A stretch of DNA of 64,000 nt from an uncultured Nitrososphaerota archaeon (GCA_964416155.1 CAYQCW010000003.1:151336-215335), one strand, 5' to 3'. Shown: positions 36,780 through 47,231, numbered from the stretch's first letter. The notes: generated by a model not told the origin, from the letters alone. Numbers and translations: made by a program.

Positions 36780-39521
36780 CTAACCCTTTGGAAGGACACT
36801 GCTTATGGCTTTTAAAGCCTTTGATTCGAAAGTCTTAGCGTCAACCTTGGCTGCTAACCCTCCCTTCGCGAAGTTTCTCCTGCCTCCGGCTCCTCCACCA
36901 ATCCCGATTTCGCTAAGGATGCGGCGCGCTAGCAGAGAGCAGTCGACACCCCTCTCAAGAGCCTTTTCACCCGCGAAAACCGCGAACTGCACGGTTGGGA
37001 TGGGTGACATCACCACTGTTATGGAGTTCGGCTCCCTCCTAGAGATTTTCTCGCCAAGACTTATGAGACGGCTTACCTCAAGCTCTTCTGAGCTGTAGAG
37101 CACGATTCTAATGCCGGACTCTTCAACAGCCTTGGAAAGCAGTTGATCCGCCAGCGTGTCAAACTGGTTCTCCAGTATTTTCTCAACCTTCTTACTCAGG
37201 TTTTTCAACTCGCTCCTGACTCTTTCAGCCTCCTGAACTATCTTGTCCCTTGGAACACCTAGAATGTTCTCCAAGCTAGACATCTTGTTTTCAAGCGACC
37301 TCACGTAATCCAAGGAGGAGAAGCCCACTCGGAAAACTATTCTTTCAACACCGTCCTGAATCCTCTCAACCCTAACTATCTTCACCAGCCCAACGTCACC
37401 AGTCTTGTTGACGTGAAGCCCTCCACAGGCCTCAGCGTCAAAACCATCTATCTTGACGATCCTAAGCTCTTTACCAGGAACAGCACCGCCTTGGTATATT
37501 CTGAAACCATACTCCTTCTCGGCGACAGTTCTAGGTAGAACCTGTATTTTAACATCGATGTTCGACAGGGCTATTTCATTAGCCTTACGCTCTATCTTCT
37601 CAACCTCTTCACCGGTTAGGGGGAGGGGATGAGTAATGTCAAGTCTGGATTCGACAGTGTCTTTCTGGGCACCTGCTTGCCAAACATGGTTTCCAAGAAT
37701 CATTCTGGCAGCAGTGTTTATAATGTGCGTAGCAGTATGGGCTCTTCTAAGCTGGAAACGACTTTTAGAGTCAACAACCATTTTAACAACGCTGCCTACA
37801 CTAGGGGCGGGACCATCGATAAAATGGATTATCCGGTTATTCAAGTTCTTAACATCCTTCACTAAGGCTTCCTTCCCGTTGAAGATTAGCCTACCTTTGT
37901 CAGCAGGCTGGCCGCCGCCCTCCGGGTAGAAGATTGTCCGGTCGAGAACAACCTTACCACTGAAGACACCTAGCACCTTGGCCTCGAGCTCCAGCAAATC
38001 AGGATTCTTATAGAAGTATTTAACAGTCTCAGGAAAAGCCTTCTCGTCGAAATCCAGCGTGACCGCTCCCTCTTCTCCAAGACCCTTAGGCTGTTTATGT
38101 CTGGCCGCTATCATGCCATAGAAGTCCTCCGGAATCCTTACTTCAACACCCTTCTTTGAAAAAACTTCTGCAACCTGCTCAGGCGTAACACCGTGGGAAT
38201 CGTAAAGTTCGACAAGCTTCTCAACACTTATCGACTTGGATTCTTTAACAAGAGACTCCACGTGTCTAACTCCCTCTTCAATACTCCTCCTGTATTTCTT
38301 AAGCTCTATTTCGACAAGCCTCAGAATACTGTCTTTAAGCTCACAGAGGCCCGGGAAATCCCTACCCCAGTAGTCAACCTCCCATGAAACCATGTCGAGC
38401 AGGAGGGAATTAACGCCAAGCCTATCCAGAACCCTGGCTGTCTTCCTTAAGAGTAACCTAGCCAAATAGCCCACTCCGGTGTTAGAGGGCACAACACCCT
38501 CTGAAAGAATGAACACTAGGCTCTTAACATGATCCAGAGCCTTGAAAACATTCTCCATTGCTTCAAGCTTAGCTGAGAAGGAATCCGGGAAGCCAAGGTC
38601 CCTGACGAGCCCAATCCTCTCAGCCGGGCTTAGAAACTTGCCTTCAGAAAGGGAAACTCTGACCCCATACTCTTTAAGAAACTCCTGGGGAACATCGATG
38701 TCAACCAGTTTAGAAACCTTGTGGAGAAGACCGCAGTAGAAAGCATGAAAGCCGGTTGGAGCCCCGCTTAAAAGCCAGTTTATCCTCTCCATCCCGTATC
38801 CTGTGTCAACCGTTCTAATAGGCAGCTCCCTCAGAGAACCGTCCGGGTTAACCTTATACTTCATGAAGACTAGAGTAGCAACCTCAAGGCCGTGTGAAAT
38901 AACCTCGAAGCAGGGCCCCGCGTTTCCACCCCCGCTCCAAGCGCTTTCGACGAAAGTAAGATCCTCACCCTTAACCCCCATTTCCCCGGTGAAGAATTCG
39001 AAGCCGTATCTCACAGTATTCTCCTTCCAGTAGACCTCTTTTTCCTCGCTGTTGAACGCGTGATGGCCGCCCATCTCGAAAATGGTGAGGTGCCTCCCAA
39101 GAGTCTTGCCGACCAAGTCGACGTCAACCAGACGTATGCAGGGCTGGGAAATCACCAAGGGGTTAGCCGGGGGAGGAATAATACCATCCGTAACATAAGG
39201 CTGGAAATCAACTATGCTCGCGTCAGTAAGATAAAGATCATCTCTCCACCTGCACACAACAGGATACGGTAAAATAACCTCGTGCCCCCTCTTCCTGAAG
39301 AAGCCCAAGAAAGCATCCCTAACCTGGCTTAAATCATCCATATCCCTGCCTACCCTACTGCCTATGAAAGTATAGGGTGAACAGGGAGACTCTCCGCAGT
39401 TATCCCTAGACTGGTCGAGAGACCAGAAGAACCTGCCGCATTTACTACACCTCTTTCTAGTGAACCCGCCTCCACTCAGGAACTCCAGGCGATACTCGTC
39501 CTCGCCGAAATCATGCTTCAT
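36780..39521 (-). CDS. alaS: Alanyl-tRNA synthetase
   Basis: 913 aa. The editing domain carries the HTATH zinc motif (RRAHTATHII). C-terminal DHHA1-like domain. Confidence 0.9.
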   Translation of the reverse strand: MKHDFGEDEYRLEFLSGGGFTRKRCSKCGRFFWSLDQSRDNCGESPCSPYTFIGSRVGRDMDDLSQVRDAFLGFFRKRGHEVILPYPVVCRWRDDLYLTDASIVDFQPYVTDGIIPPPANPLVISQPCIRLVDVDLVGKTLGRHLTIFEMGGHHAFNSEEKEVYWKENTVRYGFEFFTGEMGVKGEDLTFVESAWSGGGNAGPCFEVISHGLEVATLVFMKYKVNPDGSLRELPIRTVDTGYGMERINWLLSGAPTGFHAFYCGLLHKVSKLVDIDVPQEFLKEYGVRVSLSEGKFLSPAERIGLVRDLGFPDSFSAKLEAMENVFKALDHVKSLVFILSEGVVPSNTGVGYLARLLLRKTARVLDRLGVNSLLLDMVSWEVDYWGRDFPGLCELKDSILRLVEIELKKYRRSIEEGVRHVESLVKESKSISVEKLVELYDSHGVTPEQVAEVFSKKGVEVRIPEDFYGMIAARHKQPKGLGEEGAVTLDFDEKAFPETVKYFYKNPDLLELEAKVLGVFSGKVVLDRTIFYPEGGGQPADKGRLIFNGKEALVKDVKNLNNRIIHFIDGPAPSVGSVVKMVVDSKSRFQLRRAHTATHIINTAARMILGNHVWQAGAQKDTVESRLDITHPLPLTGEEVEKIERKANEIALSNIDVKIQVLPRTVAEKEYGFRIYQGGAVPGKELRIVKIDGFDAEACGGLHVNKTGDVGLVKIVRVERIQDGVERIVFRVGFSSLDYVRSLENKMSSLENILGVPRDKIVQEAERVRSELKNLSKKVEKILENQFDTLADQLLSKAVEESGIRIVLYSSEELEVSRLISLGEKISRREPNSITVVMSPIPTVQFAVFAGEKALERGVDCSLLARRILSEIGIGGGAGGRRNFAKGGLAAKVDAKTFESKALKAISSVLPKG

Positions 39522-40294
39522 ACCTAAATCTCCAAAAAGGGGAATATAGGCATGATTTATGTCTTCCTACCAGGACCGCCTAACTAAAAAAGTATGTACG
39601 CTTCATTGTTCATTAATCTGAATAGAAACCGTTAAGAAATAGGGACGCATGGGCGAACCCCAGTAAAAAAAGAACCTTTTAGTTTCCAGCTTAAGCACGC
39701 CAAAATTTCAACTGTTTTCATAGTCTAGTTCTAAACCCTCACGATTCACCCTAAGCCTAAGCTTTCCTCCCCATTCTCAGGATGTTGTAAGCCGTCTTGA
39801 GAGAATACACTAGCAACAGAGCTATCGATGCGGTTTCGAACGGCAAGAATATCATGAGCTCCACTTGCGATTTCATTAGAAGAAGGGATATTAATCCGAG
39901 TAGGAAGAATCGTTTGAGGCGAACAGGAGGGAGAATGAGAGGAGTGTTAGACCCCTGTTCTTGACGCCGAATCGTTCAATGAAGGCGCCGATGCAAAGGG
40001 CTATCGCGAACAGCAAGATGCTTCAATCAGAACGACCAGTATGATTACAGCGAGCGCCAGAGGCCAGAGAGGCTGAAATGAAAACGGCTTCCGCATCCAT
40101 TCTCTTATACCCTCTATTTCCCTCAACATTTGTAATTCGCCTCGCTATACCTCTTTTAACCCAGCCCCCTTCTTAACAAAGCGCGCTCGCGCGCTAAAAG
40201 TAGCACGTGAATTCCAAACTTTAAAATATCTAAAATGTTTCTTACGTTTCTTTGCGGAAATTCTGACACTCTGCCCTTAGACATCGTCTCGCCC

Positions 40295-40795
40295 TCAGCA
40301 TCTTGATGCATGTAACAGGTTATAAGCAATTCTAAGTGAATAAAGAATTGATACTCCCATCCATATTATGCTGAATAGCATAAATATTAAGAAATCTAAA
40401 ATAGGCACAGGTTTAGTTAAGAAACTAAATGCAAGACCTAGAAAAAAGAATCCGTTTGAAGCGAAAAGAAATATGATGGTTAGGATTTTTAAGCAGGCCC
40501 CTTTAATGTTAAATTGATATATAAGACTGCCGATAGAATAGGCTGTTACAAGAGATACAAAAGAAATGAAAAATACCGATTTTTGTAGATCCATCACATC
40601 ATCGTAATAATAATAGCCAATTAAGCCGAGCAAGACAGCCATGGTGATTAACAACATTACTGCTCTCGCCGACAAAAACATAAACGGCTCTCGTACCGGC
40701 TTTTGCACGTAACATTTCATTCCTTGAATTATTTTTCTGTAACTTAGTACCTTTCTAGCCATAGCATACTGGACACTCCATACACGCCGCCACAA
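40295..40795 (-). CDS. Small polytopic membrane protein (4-5 TM) immediately downstream of the Cys-rich protein
   Basis: 166 aa. Overlaps the upstream ORF by 41 nt. Confidence 0.45.
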   Translation of the reverse strand: MWRRVWSVQYAMARKVLSYRKIIQGMKCYVQKPVREPFMFLSARAVMLLITMAVLLGLIGYYYYDDVMDLQKSVFFISFVSLVTAYSIGSLIYQFNIKGACLKILTIIFLFASNGFFFLGLAFSFLTKPVPILDFLIFMLFSIIWMGVSILYSLRIAYNLLHASRC

Positions 40796-41552
40796 AGCAA
40801 CTAGCGGGGTCGCATGAACAACAAGTCCATTGGAAGTTCCCCCAGCAACATTGCTGCATGCACCATGTGAGACATAAAATAAAATATTTGTTAAAGCAGC
40901 ATGTTACCAAGCACCAATAGTTCATGTTAGTACACTCAACACATTCGAAAGTGCAAGTAGGGCAGCCGGATTGAGTAGACAACATGTTGTCCGTCGGCAA
41001 GATCTCGCGGCACGATGAAGTAAGCTTACCGCCTACTATTTGACCCTGTACCGATTTAACCAGTAATTCTACTAAATTCCTCTTTATATCAAATCTATAT
41101 ACACGGGCTTCTCTGTAGGGTTCTAGAACTATTACTGCTGTTACCCGTCTAGCCTCTACGTCGCCAGTAAAATTAATGCCCACTACCATATACTCCCATG
41201 GCCTCTTATCTATCATCTTTGCGAACTTCAAGGCTATAACATCTTCTAGTGTGTATTGAAGCCCTTCCCCAGCTAAAAAAGAGGCTATCAATTTGAAGTT
41301 TTCGGAGCCAAGTGCTCTAGACACCGCATTATTCTTCTCTTGGCCTTCAAGCTTCTCAATCACCGGCTCAGACTGAGGTGTCTGAGTGTCGTTGTTGCCG
41401 CTTGCTCCGTAGCTTTTACATTCGTACTTAACGTGATGGTTCCCCTTGCTCCGTGGGGAGGCGATAATAAGTATGGAGACAAGCAGTAGAAGAACCATTA
41501 TTATCCCAATAATCTTTAAACGAGCACCCACTAATAGTTTCACACTCCCCAC
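40755..41552 (-). CDS. Secreted/anchored protein with an extremely Cys-rich hydrophobic C-terminal ~70-aa domain
   Basis: N-terminal signal anchor. The C-terminus CPTCTFECVEC...CCF..C..C..CCW..CCSC..C..CMECPVCYG has ~22 Cys in 70 aa. Confidence 0.5.
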   Translation of the reverse strand: MGSVKLLVGARLKIIGIIMVLLLLVSILIIASPRSKGNHHVKYECKSYGASGNNDTQTPQSEPVIEKLEGQEKNNAVSRALGSENFKLIASFLAGEGLQYTLEDVIALKFAKMIDKRPWEYMVVGINFTGDVEARRVTAVIVLEPYREARVYRFDIKRNLVELLVKSVQGQIVGGKLTSSCREILPTDNMLSTQSGCPTCTFECVECTNMNYWCLVTCCFNKYFILCLTWCMQQCCWGNFQWTCCSCDPASCFVAACMECPVCYG

Positions 41553-42081
41553 CTCTTAGGGATATTGGACATAGCTAGTATTTATTTTTTTTATCATGAA
41601 TATAAAATAGTTGTATAGGAAGATTTGGTTTTCATTAAAAAGAAAGCAGTTTATGGAAGCATCAAGCATGCTCCTGTCAAAGTGAGGAAGAACTTAAACG
41701 AGCCTGAAGCAGTGCAACCAAGGAGCGTCTGCATCAACTTCCGTTGAGATAGGACGAGTTAAAAATGGCAATGAAATAAGCTAACGTTAAAAAGCATGGC
41801 AGAAATTCCCCAGGTGATACCGCCTTTCTCCCAGCATTTGCTAAGAAAATTTCACTTACAAATTTAGTCAATCGAATCTACAAACCGTTAGAGTTTAGGG
41901 TTATTCACCACAATAATACAACCAATATTAATTTATCTCCTTTTCAGAAGACAGGAAACACTATGACTCTAAAATGGCGAAAACGCGTTAAACAAGCCTA
42001 AAAAACAGAAAACAATAAAAAGCATTACTAACGCCATGAAAGAGCAAAATTAAAATAGAAGCCTAAACAATAAAACAAAAC

Positions 42082-42207
42082 TAGGCGAGGTAGCTCAGAC
42101 GAGAAGGATTTAAATATAGCTCGGAGCAGCCTGGGAGAGCGCCCGGCTGAAGACCGGGGTGTCGGCCGTAAAAACGGGCACAGTCGGTTCAAATCCGGCC
42201 CTCGCCA
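42082..42207 (+). tRNA. tRNA-Phe(GAA) with two non-canonical introns (D-loop ~31 nt; variable/T-arm junction ~19 nt)
   Basis: GGCGAGG-TAGCTCAG[31 nt]CCTGGGAGAGCG-CCCGG-CTGAAGA-CCGGG-GTGTC[19 nt]GTCGGTTCAAATCCGGC-CCTCGCC-A. The spliced form matches canonical tRNA-Phe. Confidence 0.75.
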
Positions 42208-42251
42208 TAATCTCTAACGGAGTTATTTCTCTAATTCTTGAGTTCTTTGAT

Positions 42252-43522
42252 TTAATCCTCATCAACTTTAGATGAACACAACGTCTCTGGAAGGATTAAC
42301 ATTATAGGTATTATTATAAATACCTCTATTAGGAGTGGCAGGATGAGGACCAGCTCCCCTAAACCCTCTTGCCAAAGGAAACCACCGAGCAGGAAAGCCG
42401 GTACTGAAAGAATATCAAATACGCCTGTTATGCCAAACCACCTGCCCCTTTTCTCCATCGGAACAGCTTCCCAAAACATAGTTATGAATGGTATAAAGCT
42501 AAGATCGCTAAATCCGCCTGTAAAGCCTAAAACACCTAAGAGTCCGGTCAGTATAAGCATTTGAGGATTAGAAGCAATTACCAGAAGAATCGTGCCGAGG
42601 TATGTAAGAGGTCGGGTAATAAGGAATGTTTTCTTACGTCCTATCTTATCTGCCATAACTCCTATGGGGATTTGCAAGATAGCGGATATCACTATCCCTA
42701 TGGTGCCTACTGCCCCAAGAATGTAAGGGTCAGCACCTTTCGCATAGACCATCCAAAGTGTGACAAAGGGCATTGAAATACTAATTTCGAAGCGCCACAG
42801 TCCCATTAACACTACCCATTTCCTAAGGCTGCTTTCGCCTCTAAACAGATCTCTGAGGCTTTCAAAGAAACCTGTCTCGCTGGTTTCCCCCTCTAATCTA
42901 CTAACAGTCGATCGGATACGTAACTCTTCAAGCTTAAAAACGATAAAAACAGTTGCTGCAGCCATAGTTGAAAGCTGTATGAAATAAAGAGGGCGTATCC
43001 CCTGAACTGTTATTCCACCGTAAAAACTCACGATTATCGCAGCCACTATAGGCATCAAGAGGGAAGGTATTGCCCAAACCACGCGTGAGAGCCCCATTAA
43101 TCGAGCCCGTTTTCAGCCCTACTGGTACTTATAAAGATGATGTCTGCAAGCGGCATTATCAGTTTAAAACCTAATTGTTGTAATATTACTGCAGGTAAAA
43201 GCGTAAGCCAACTTATTGCACAACCGTAGAGCACAGAAACAACTGCGCACAGAGCCAGACCCGCCACTAATATCCGTTTCACGCCGTACTTATCAATTAA
43301 CCATCCTGCAGGAATCGAGACTGCTGAAGAAATCACGCTGCCTACACTATTCAGCGAGCTTAGCTCAATTGGGTTTGCCCCTAAGGCGACAGTATAAAGC
43401 TGGTTATAGTTTAGCGTAAGACTATTTGCCCCGTTATAAATGCCGATGGCTGCAAGAACTACCTTAAACCGTTTGTCAAGATTCTTCAGAGGCGTAATGA
43501 TATGCTTATAGAGTTTTGCCAA
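42252..43522 (-). pseudogene. MFS transporter split into two ORFs by a +1 frameshift (141 aa + 281 aa)
   Basis: The N-terminal ORF stops with a TAA that overlaps the ATG of the next ORF. Together they give ~12 TM, typical of MFS. Confidence 0.55.
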
Positions 43523-43738
43523 TATTTCAGAATTCTTCTCAACCCATTATAAGTCTTTAGATTAGAAGGATAAAAAGCTTCAGGATTTCGATTAAGTAGA
43601 AAGGATGGAAGACATGGTTATGAGTCCAAAACGGGTCGCACGTTCATTACTTTATTAATGATCTGAAGCCGAACTTTAAGCATAGCTATCATCTTCTAAA
43701 ATTCTAAATTCTTTTCACAACTTATTGTTGAGAAATGA

Positions 43739-43829
43739 TGGGCCAGCCTGGATTTTCAGTACTCATAACACTCTTGAACCAGGGCCCCCGCCTCGTAAGA
43801 GCGGGATCCTACCTCTAGACTACTGGCCC
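43739..43829 (-). tRNA. tRNA-Val(TAC) with a ~19-nt intron in the T-loop
   Basis: GGGCCAG...CCGCT-CTTACGA-GGCGG-GGGC-CCTGG-TTCA[intron]AAT-CCAGG-CTGGCCC-A. Confidence 0.65.
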
Positions 43830-44003
43830 GTCCCGAGATAGTATTCCAAAGCCTTATATTCTTTTCTCCCGGCTTTAAGAAGGGCATTCATGGAATGTTT
43901 CATATTCCTCTTATTTGTCCAGAAGCACGCTTGAGCTTAGAGACCATCAGAGCACAGCCACCTAATCCTGAACATCGGACCTATACGTAATATCTGAGGT
44001 TGA

Positions 44004-45002
44004 AAAATCCTGTATCCTTTACCTCGAATTACTATTCAAAATAGCGCGCGCACGACTTTTATGGATGTAAAAAAATTATCTAGCGCTCTTTAGATAAAAG
44101 GAGGCAAGGAAAAATGAGAAGAATAATAAAATATGGGGAATGATGCTCGTCGTTTTCACAGTCTTATCGGTGGGCATAGGGATAAGTGCACAGCTGCTTG
44201 AAGTAGTGTAAGCAATTCAAGAAGAATTCGCTGGACGCTGTCTCAAGATTGCCGTAGAGAGAGACTATGCTACGATTTACATAACTATCAATGTCGAGTT
44301 TAGGGTAAAGGACCTAGGTAGTGATGTAAAGTTGATGGGGTATAATTACACGGTTGAAGAGGAAGGAAGTTAGTGCTGGGCCCGACTATTGCTTATATAC
44401 CGGTCTGGCCCGCCGCAGACTGTCAAAGCTGCAAGCAGGGTAAGAAAGTCTCTGGGATTCAAACCAGCGTCGATAGGATTAAATTACCTGTTTCTGAATT
44501 AAGGAATTGTGAACACGTGGTAAAAGTCAGCATATTTGTGGTGGAAGGGATTGTAGTGGAGAAAGAGTTACCGAAAGCAACAAACATTCATAGGAAGACA
44601 CTGGTTAATAATCCAAGTAATTATCCAGTACCGGAGCTACCAGAGTCAGAAAACACGGTTCCCGATTTATCGAACTGCTGAATAATCCTGTTCAGCGATA
44701 AAACGCGATTCAATCCTTTTTTCTCGAAAATTGATTTTTTAGAGAAATCAATTTTCCGATTTCAGACCCGAATGTGCCTGATGAGGCTAAAAGAGTCAGT
44801 GGTTATGGTGCAAGCGAATATTACCTGCTTAGAGATTTCATAAACGCTATAGATAACGATACAGAACCGCCCATCGACGTTGTAAAGGGAGTCGATATGA
44901 CACTTCCAGGCCTAATAGCACATGAAGCTACCATGAAAGGAAATGTTTGGCTCGATGTTCCGCATTTTGAATAGCGATTCGAGACAAAGGATACAGGATT
45001 TT
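44004..45002. mobile_element. MITE-like segment bounded by ~23-bp imperfect inverted repeats
   Basis: AAAATCCTGTATCCTTT at 44004-44020 and its reverse complement at 44986-45002 (17/17, extending to ~21/23). The interior holds only gene fragments, e.g. the C-terminal piece of a Gfo/Idh/MocA-like ORF at 44774..44974. Confidence 0.4.
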
Positions 45003-45133
45003 AGCGCGTGCTCAACAAATTGAAAGAGAGAAGGGATGAATACGATCTGTGTATAAATGGGAATCAAACCCTATGTCTGGCTCAAGGATGAGAACCACTA
45101 AATTTTGTAAAAAGAGCCACGTATTAGTGCCGT

Positions 45134-46387
45134 TTACATCTCCCTTATCTGCCCAGAACCATAAACCACGTATTTCGTCGTAGTGATTTCCCTCAGGCCC
45201 ATTGGCCCTCTTGCGTGAAGCTTCTGCGTGCTTATTCCTACTTCAGCGCCGAAGCCGAATTGGCCTCCGTCTGTGAACCTGGTTGAAGCGTTAACATATA
45301 CTGTTGACGAGTCCACTAGTCTCGTGAATAATTCAGCCTCCTGCAGGTTGCTAGTTATTATTGCGTCGGAATGCTTTGAACCATACTTGTTTATGTGCTG
45401 TATGGCTTCCTCCACGCTGTCCACTATTTTGACGGCGAGCGTTAGATCCATGTATTCCTCGTACCAGTCTTCCTCAGTGGCTTCAACCAGAGTTGGGACT
45501 ATCGTCCTGCTCCTCTCGCACCCTTTGATTGCGACGTTGTAGCCTCTCAGAGTATCAACTAGCTTTGGAAGATATTTCTCCGCTATCTTACTGTGTACCA
45601 GGACTTTCCTAACAGCATTGCATACCGCAGGTCTTTGAATCTTAGCGTTCACTATTATCCTGGTGGCCATCTCTAGGTCAGCGTCCCAGTTCACGAAAAT
45701 ATGGCAGTTACCGGCCCCGGTTTCGATTATTGGTACTAGAGAGTTTTCCTTGACGAACCTGATGAACTGGGCGCTTCCCCTCGGGATTATGACATCTATG
45801 TATGTGTCCTGCTTCAGGAGTAAGCCAACGAGCTCTCTGCTGGGGTTCTCTATGAGTTGTATTGCCTCAGGGTTGACAAGGTTTTTCACAGCATCCCTCA
45901 TTATTTCCACCAGTATTTTGTTCGAGTTTAACGCTTCCGAGCCTCCTCTAAGGACGACGGCGTTACCAGCCTTTAACGCTAAGCCGGTTATGTCTACTGT
46001 AACGTTGGGCCTAGCCTCATATATAACCCCAATAACCCCAAGCGGCACGCGGACCTTCCTTATTTCTAAGCCGTGTCTAGTTCTCCACCCTTCAACTATT
46101 TCCCAAACCGGGTCCGGTAGGGAAGCAACCTGGCGGAGGCCTTCAGCCATCTCCCTGACTCGTTTCTCGTTAAGCAACAGCCTGTCTACCAGAGACGATG
46201 AGGCCCCTTTTGCCTCCGCTGCTTCAACATCTCTCCTGTTCTCCCGTATTATTTCTTCCCTATGCTTCTCGATTTGTTCAGCCATCTTTTCCAATGCAGC
46301 GTTTTTAACGGGTGTCGGAGTCATTCCGAGTTTCAGAGAAGCCTCCTTAGCCTTTCTGGATTTTTCAACGACCTCCTCCATCCCCAA
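45134..46387 (-). CDS. proA: Gamma-glutamyl phosphate reductase
   Basis: 417 aa, aldehyde-dehydrogenase fold. Adjacent to proB. Confidence 0.85.
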   Translation of the reverse strand: MGMEEVVEKSRKAKEASLKLGMTPTPVKNAALEKMAEQIEKHREEIIRENRRDVEAAEAKGASSSLVDRLLLNEKRVREMAEGLRQVASLPDPVWEIVEGWRTRHGLEIRKVRVPLGVIGVIYEARPNVTVDITGLALKAGNAVVLRGGSEALNSNKILVEIMRDAVKNLVNPEAIQLIENPSRELVGLLLKQDTYIDVIIPRGSAQFIRFVKENSLVPIIETGAGNCHIFVNWDADLEMATRIIVNAKIQRPAVCNAVRKVLVHSKIAEKYLPKLVDTLRGYNVAIKGCERSRTIVPTLVEATEEDWYEEYMDLTLAVKIVDSVEEAIQHINKYGSKHSDAIITSNLQEAELFTRLVDSSTVYVNASTRFTDGGQFGFGAEVGISTQKLHARGPMGLREITTTKYVVYGSGQIREM

Positions 46388-46409
46388 CGCAGTCTTGAAG
46401 AAATCTTTC

Positions 46410-47231
46410 TTAAGACTTAAACCTTTTCCACAGTGGGCGAACTACGGTGCCAGCGTTTTCACCGTTCAGTATTTTCGCTATAATGTTTCTCTTTAAACCG
46501 TTAGCTATCACTGTTGTGACCCCTGATCTAGAGGCTATTGCTGCCGCCTGAAGTTTGGAAAGCATGCCGCCTCTACCCAGAGCACCGGGGGATCCTGCGA
46601 AAGAAAGAACCTTCCTGTTAACCTTCCTAAGCTCCTTAACAATTCTGACACCATTTTTAGTAGGCGTCATGAACCCGTCGACATCAGTCAGCATTATGAG
46701 CAGGTCGGCACCTATTCTCGATGCTATGATGGCTGACAGCCTATCATTATCTCCAAACCTGACGGAGTCAGGCACATAAGGGTTTATTGGAACAAGTTCT
46801 TTAACAGAGATGGCGTCGTTCTCATTTATAATGGGGATCACGTCCTGCTCCATTAGGGCGGATAGAGTTCTCCAAAAATTCTTGTAGCGATACTTGTTCG
46901 CCAAATCCTCCTCTGTAAGAAGTATTTGAGCAGTGTTTATTCCATACTTGTTGAAATATTTCGTGTATAATGCCATCAGGGTTGGCTGCCCTATGGCTGC
47001 ACAAACCTGTTTCATCGTAAGCTTCAAACTGCCCGGGGACGATTCTATCTTAAGCTTTGACAAGCCTGTTGCAATAGCACCAGAGGTCACTATGACTACC
47101 GCCTTCATCTTACTCCTGTTTTCCGCAATCTGCCTAACTATTTCCCTGACTCTCGCTTCGCTAATCCAGCCTTTAGAGTTTGCCAGCACGCTTGTGCCGA
47201 TTTTAACCACGACCTCGGGTTTACGAGTCAA
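46410..47231 (-). CDS. proB: Glutamate 5-kinase (no PUA domain)
   Basis: Amino-acid kinase family N-terminus VVKIGTSVL. 273 aa. Confidence 0.8.
   Translation of the reverse strand: MTRKPEVVVKIGTSVLANSKGWISEARVREIVRQIAENRSKMKAVVIVTSGAIATGLSKLKIESSPGSLKLTMKQVCAAIGQPTLMALYTKYFNKYGINTAQILLTEEDLANKYRYKNFWRTLSALMEQDVIPIINENDAISVKELVPINPYVPDSVRFGDNDRLSAIIASRIGADLLIMLTDVDGFMTPTKNGVRIVKELRKVNRKVLSFAGSPGALGRGGMLSKLQAAAIASRSGVTTVIANGLKRNIIAKILNGENAGTVVRPLWKRFKS

Noticed and set aside
45663-46496. 277-aa plus-strand ORF
   Set aside because: Antisense across proA/proB. Ser/Thr-rich low-complexity translation.
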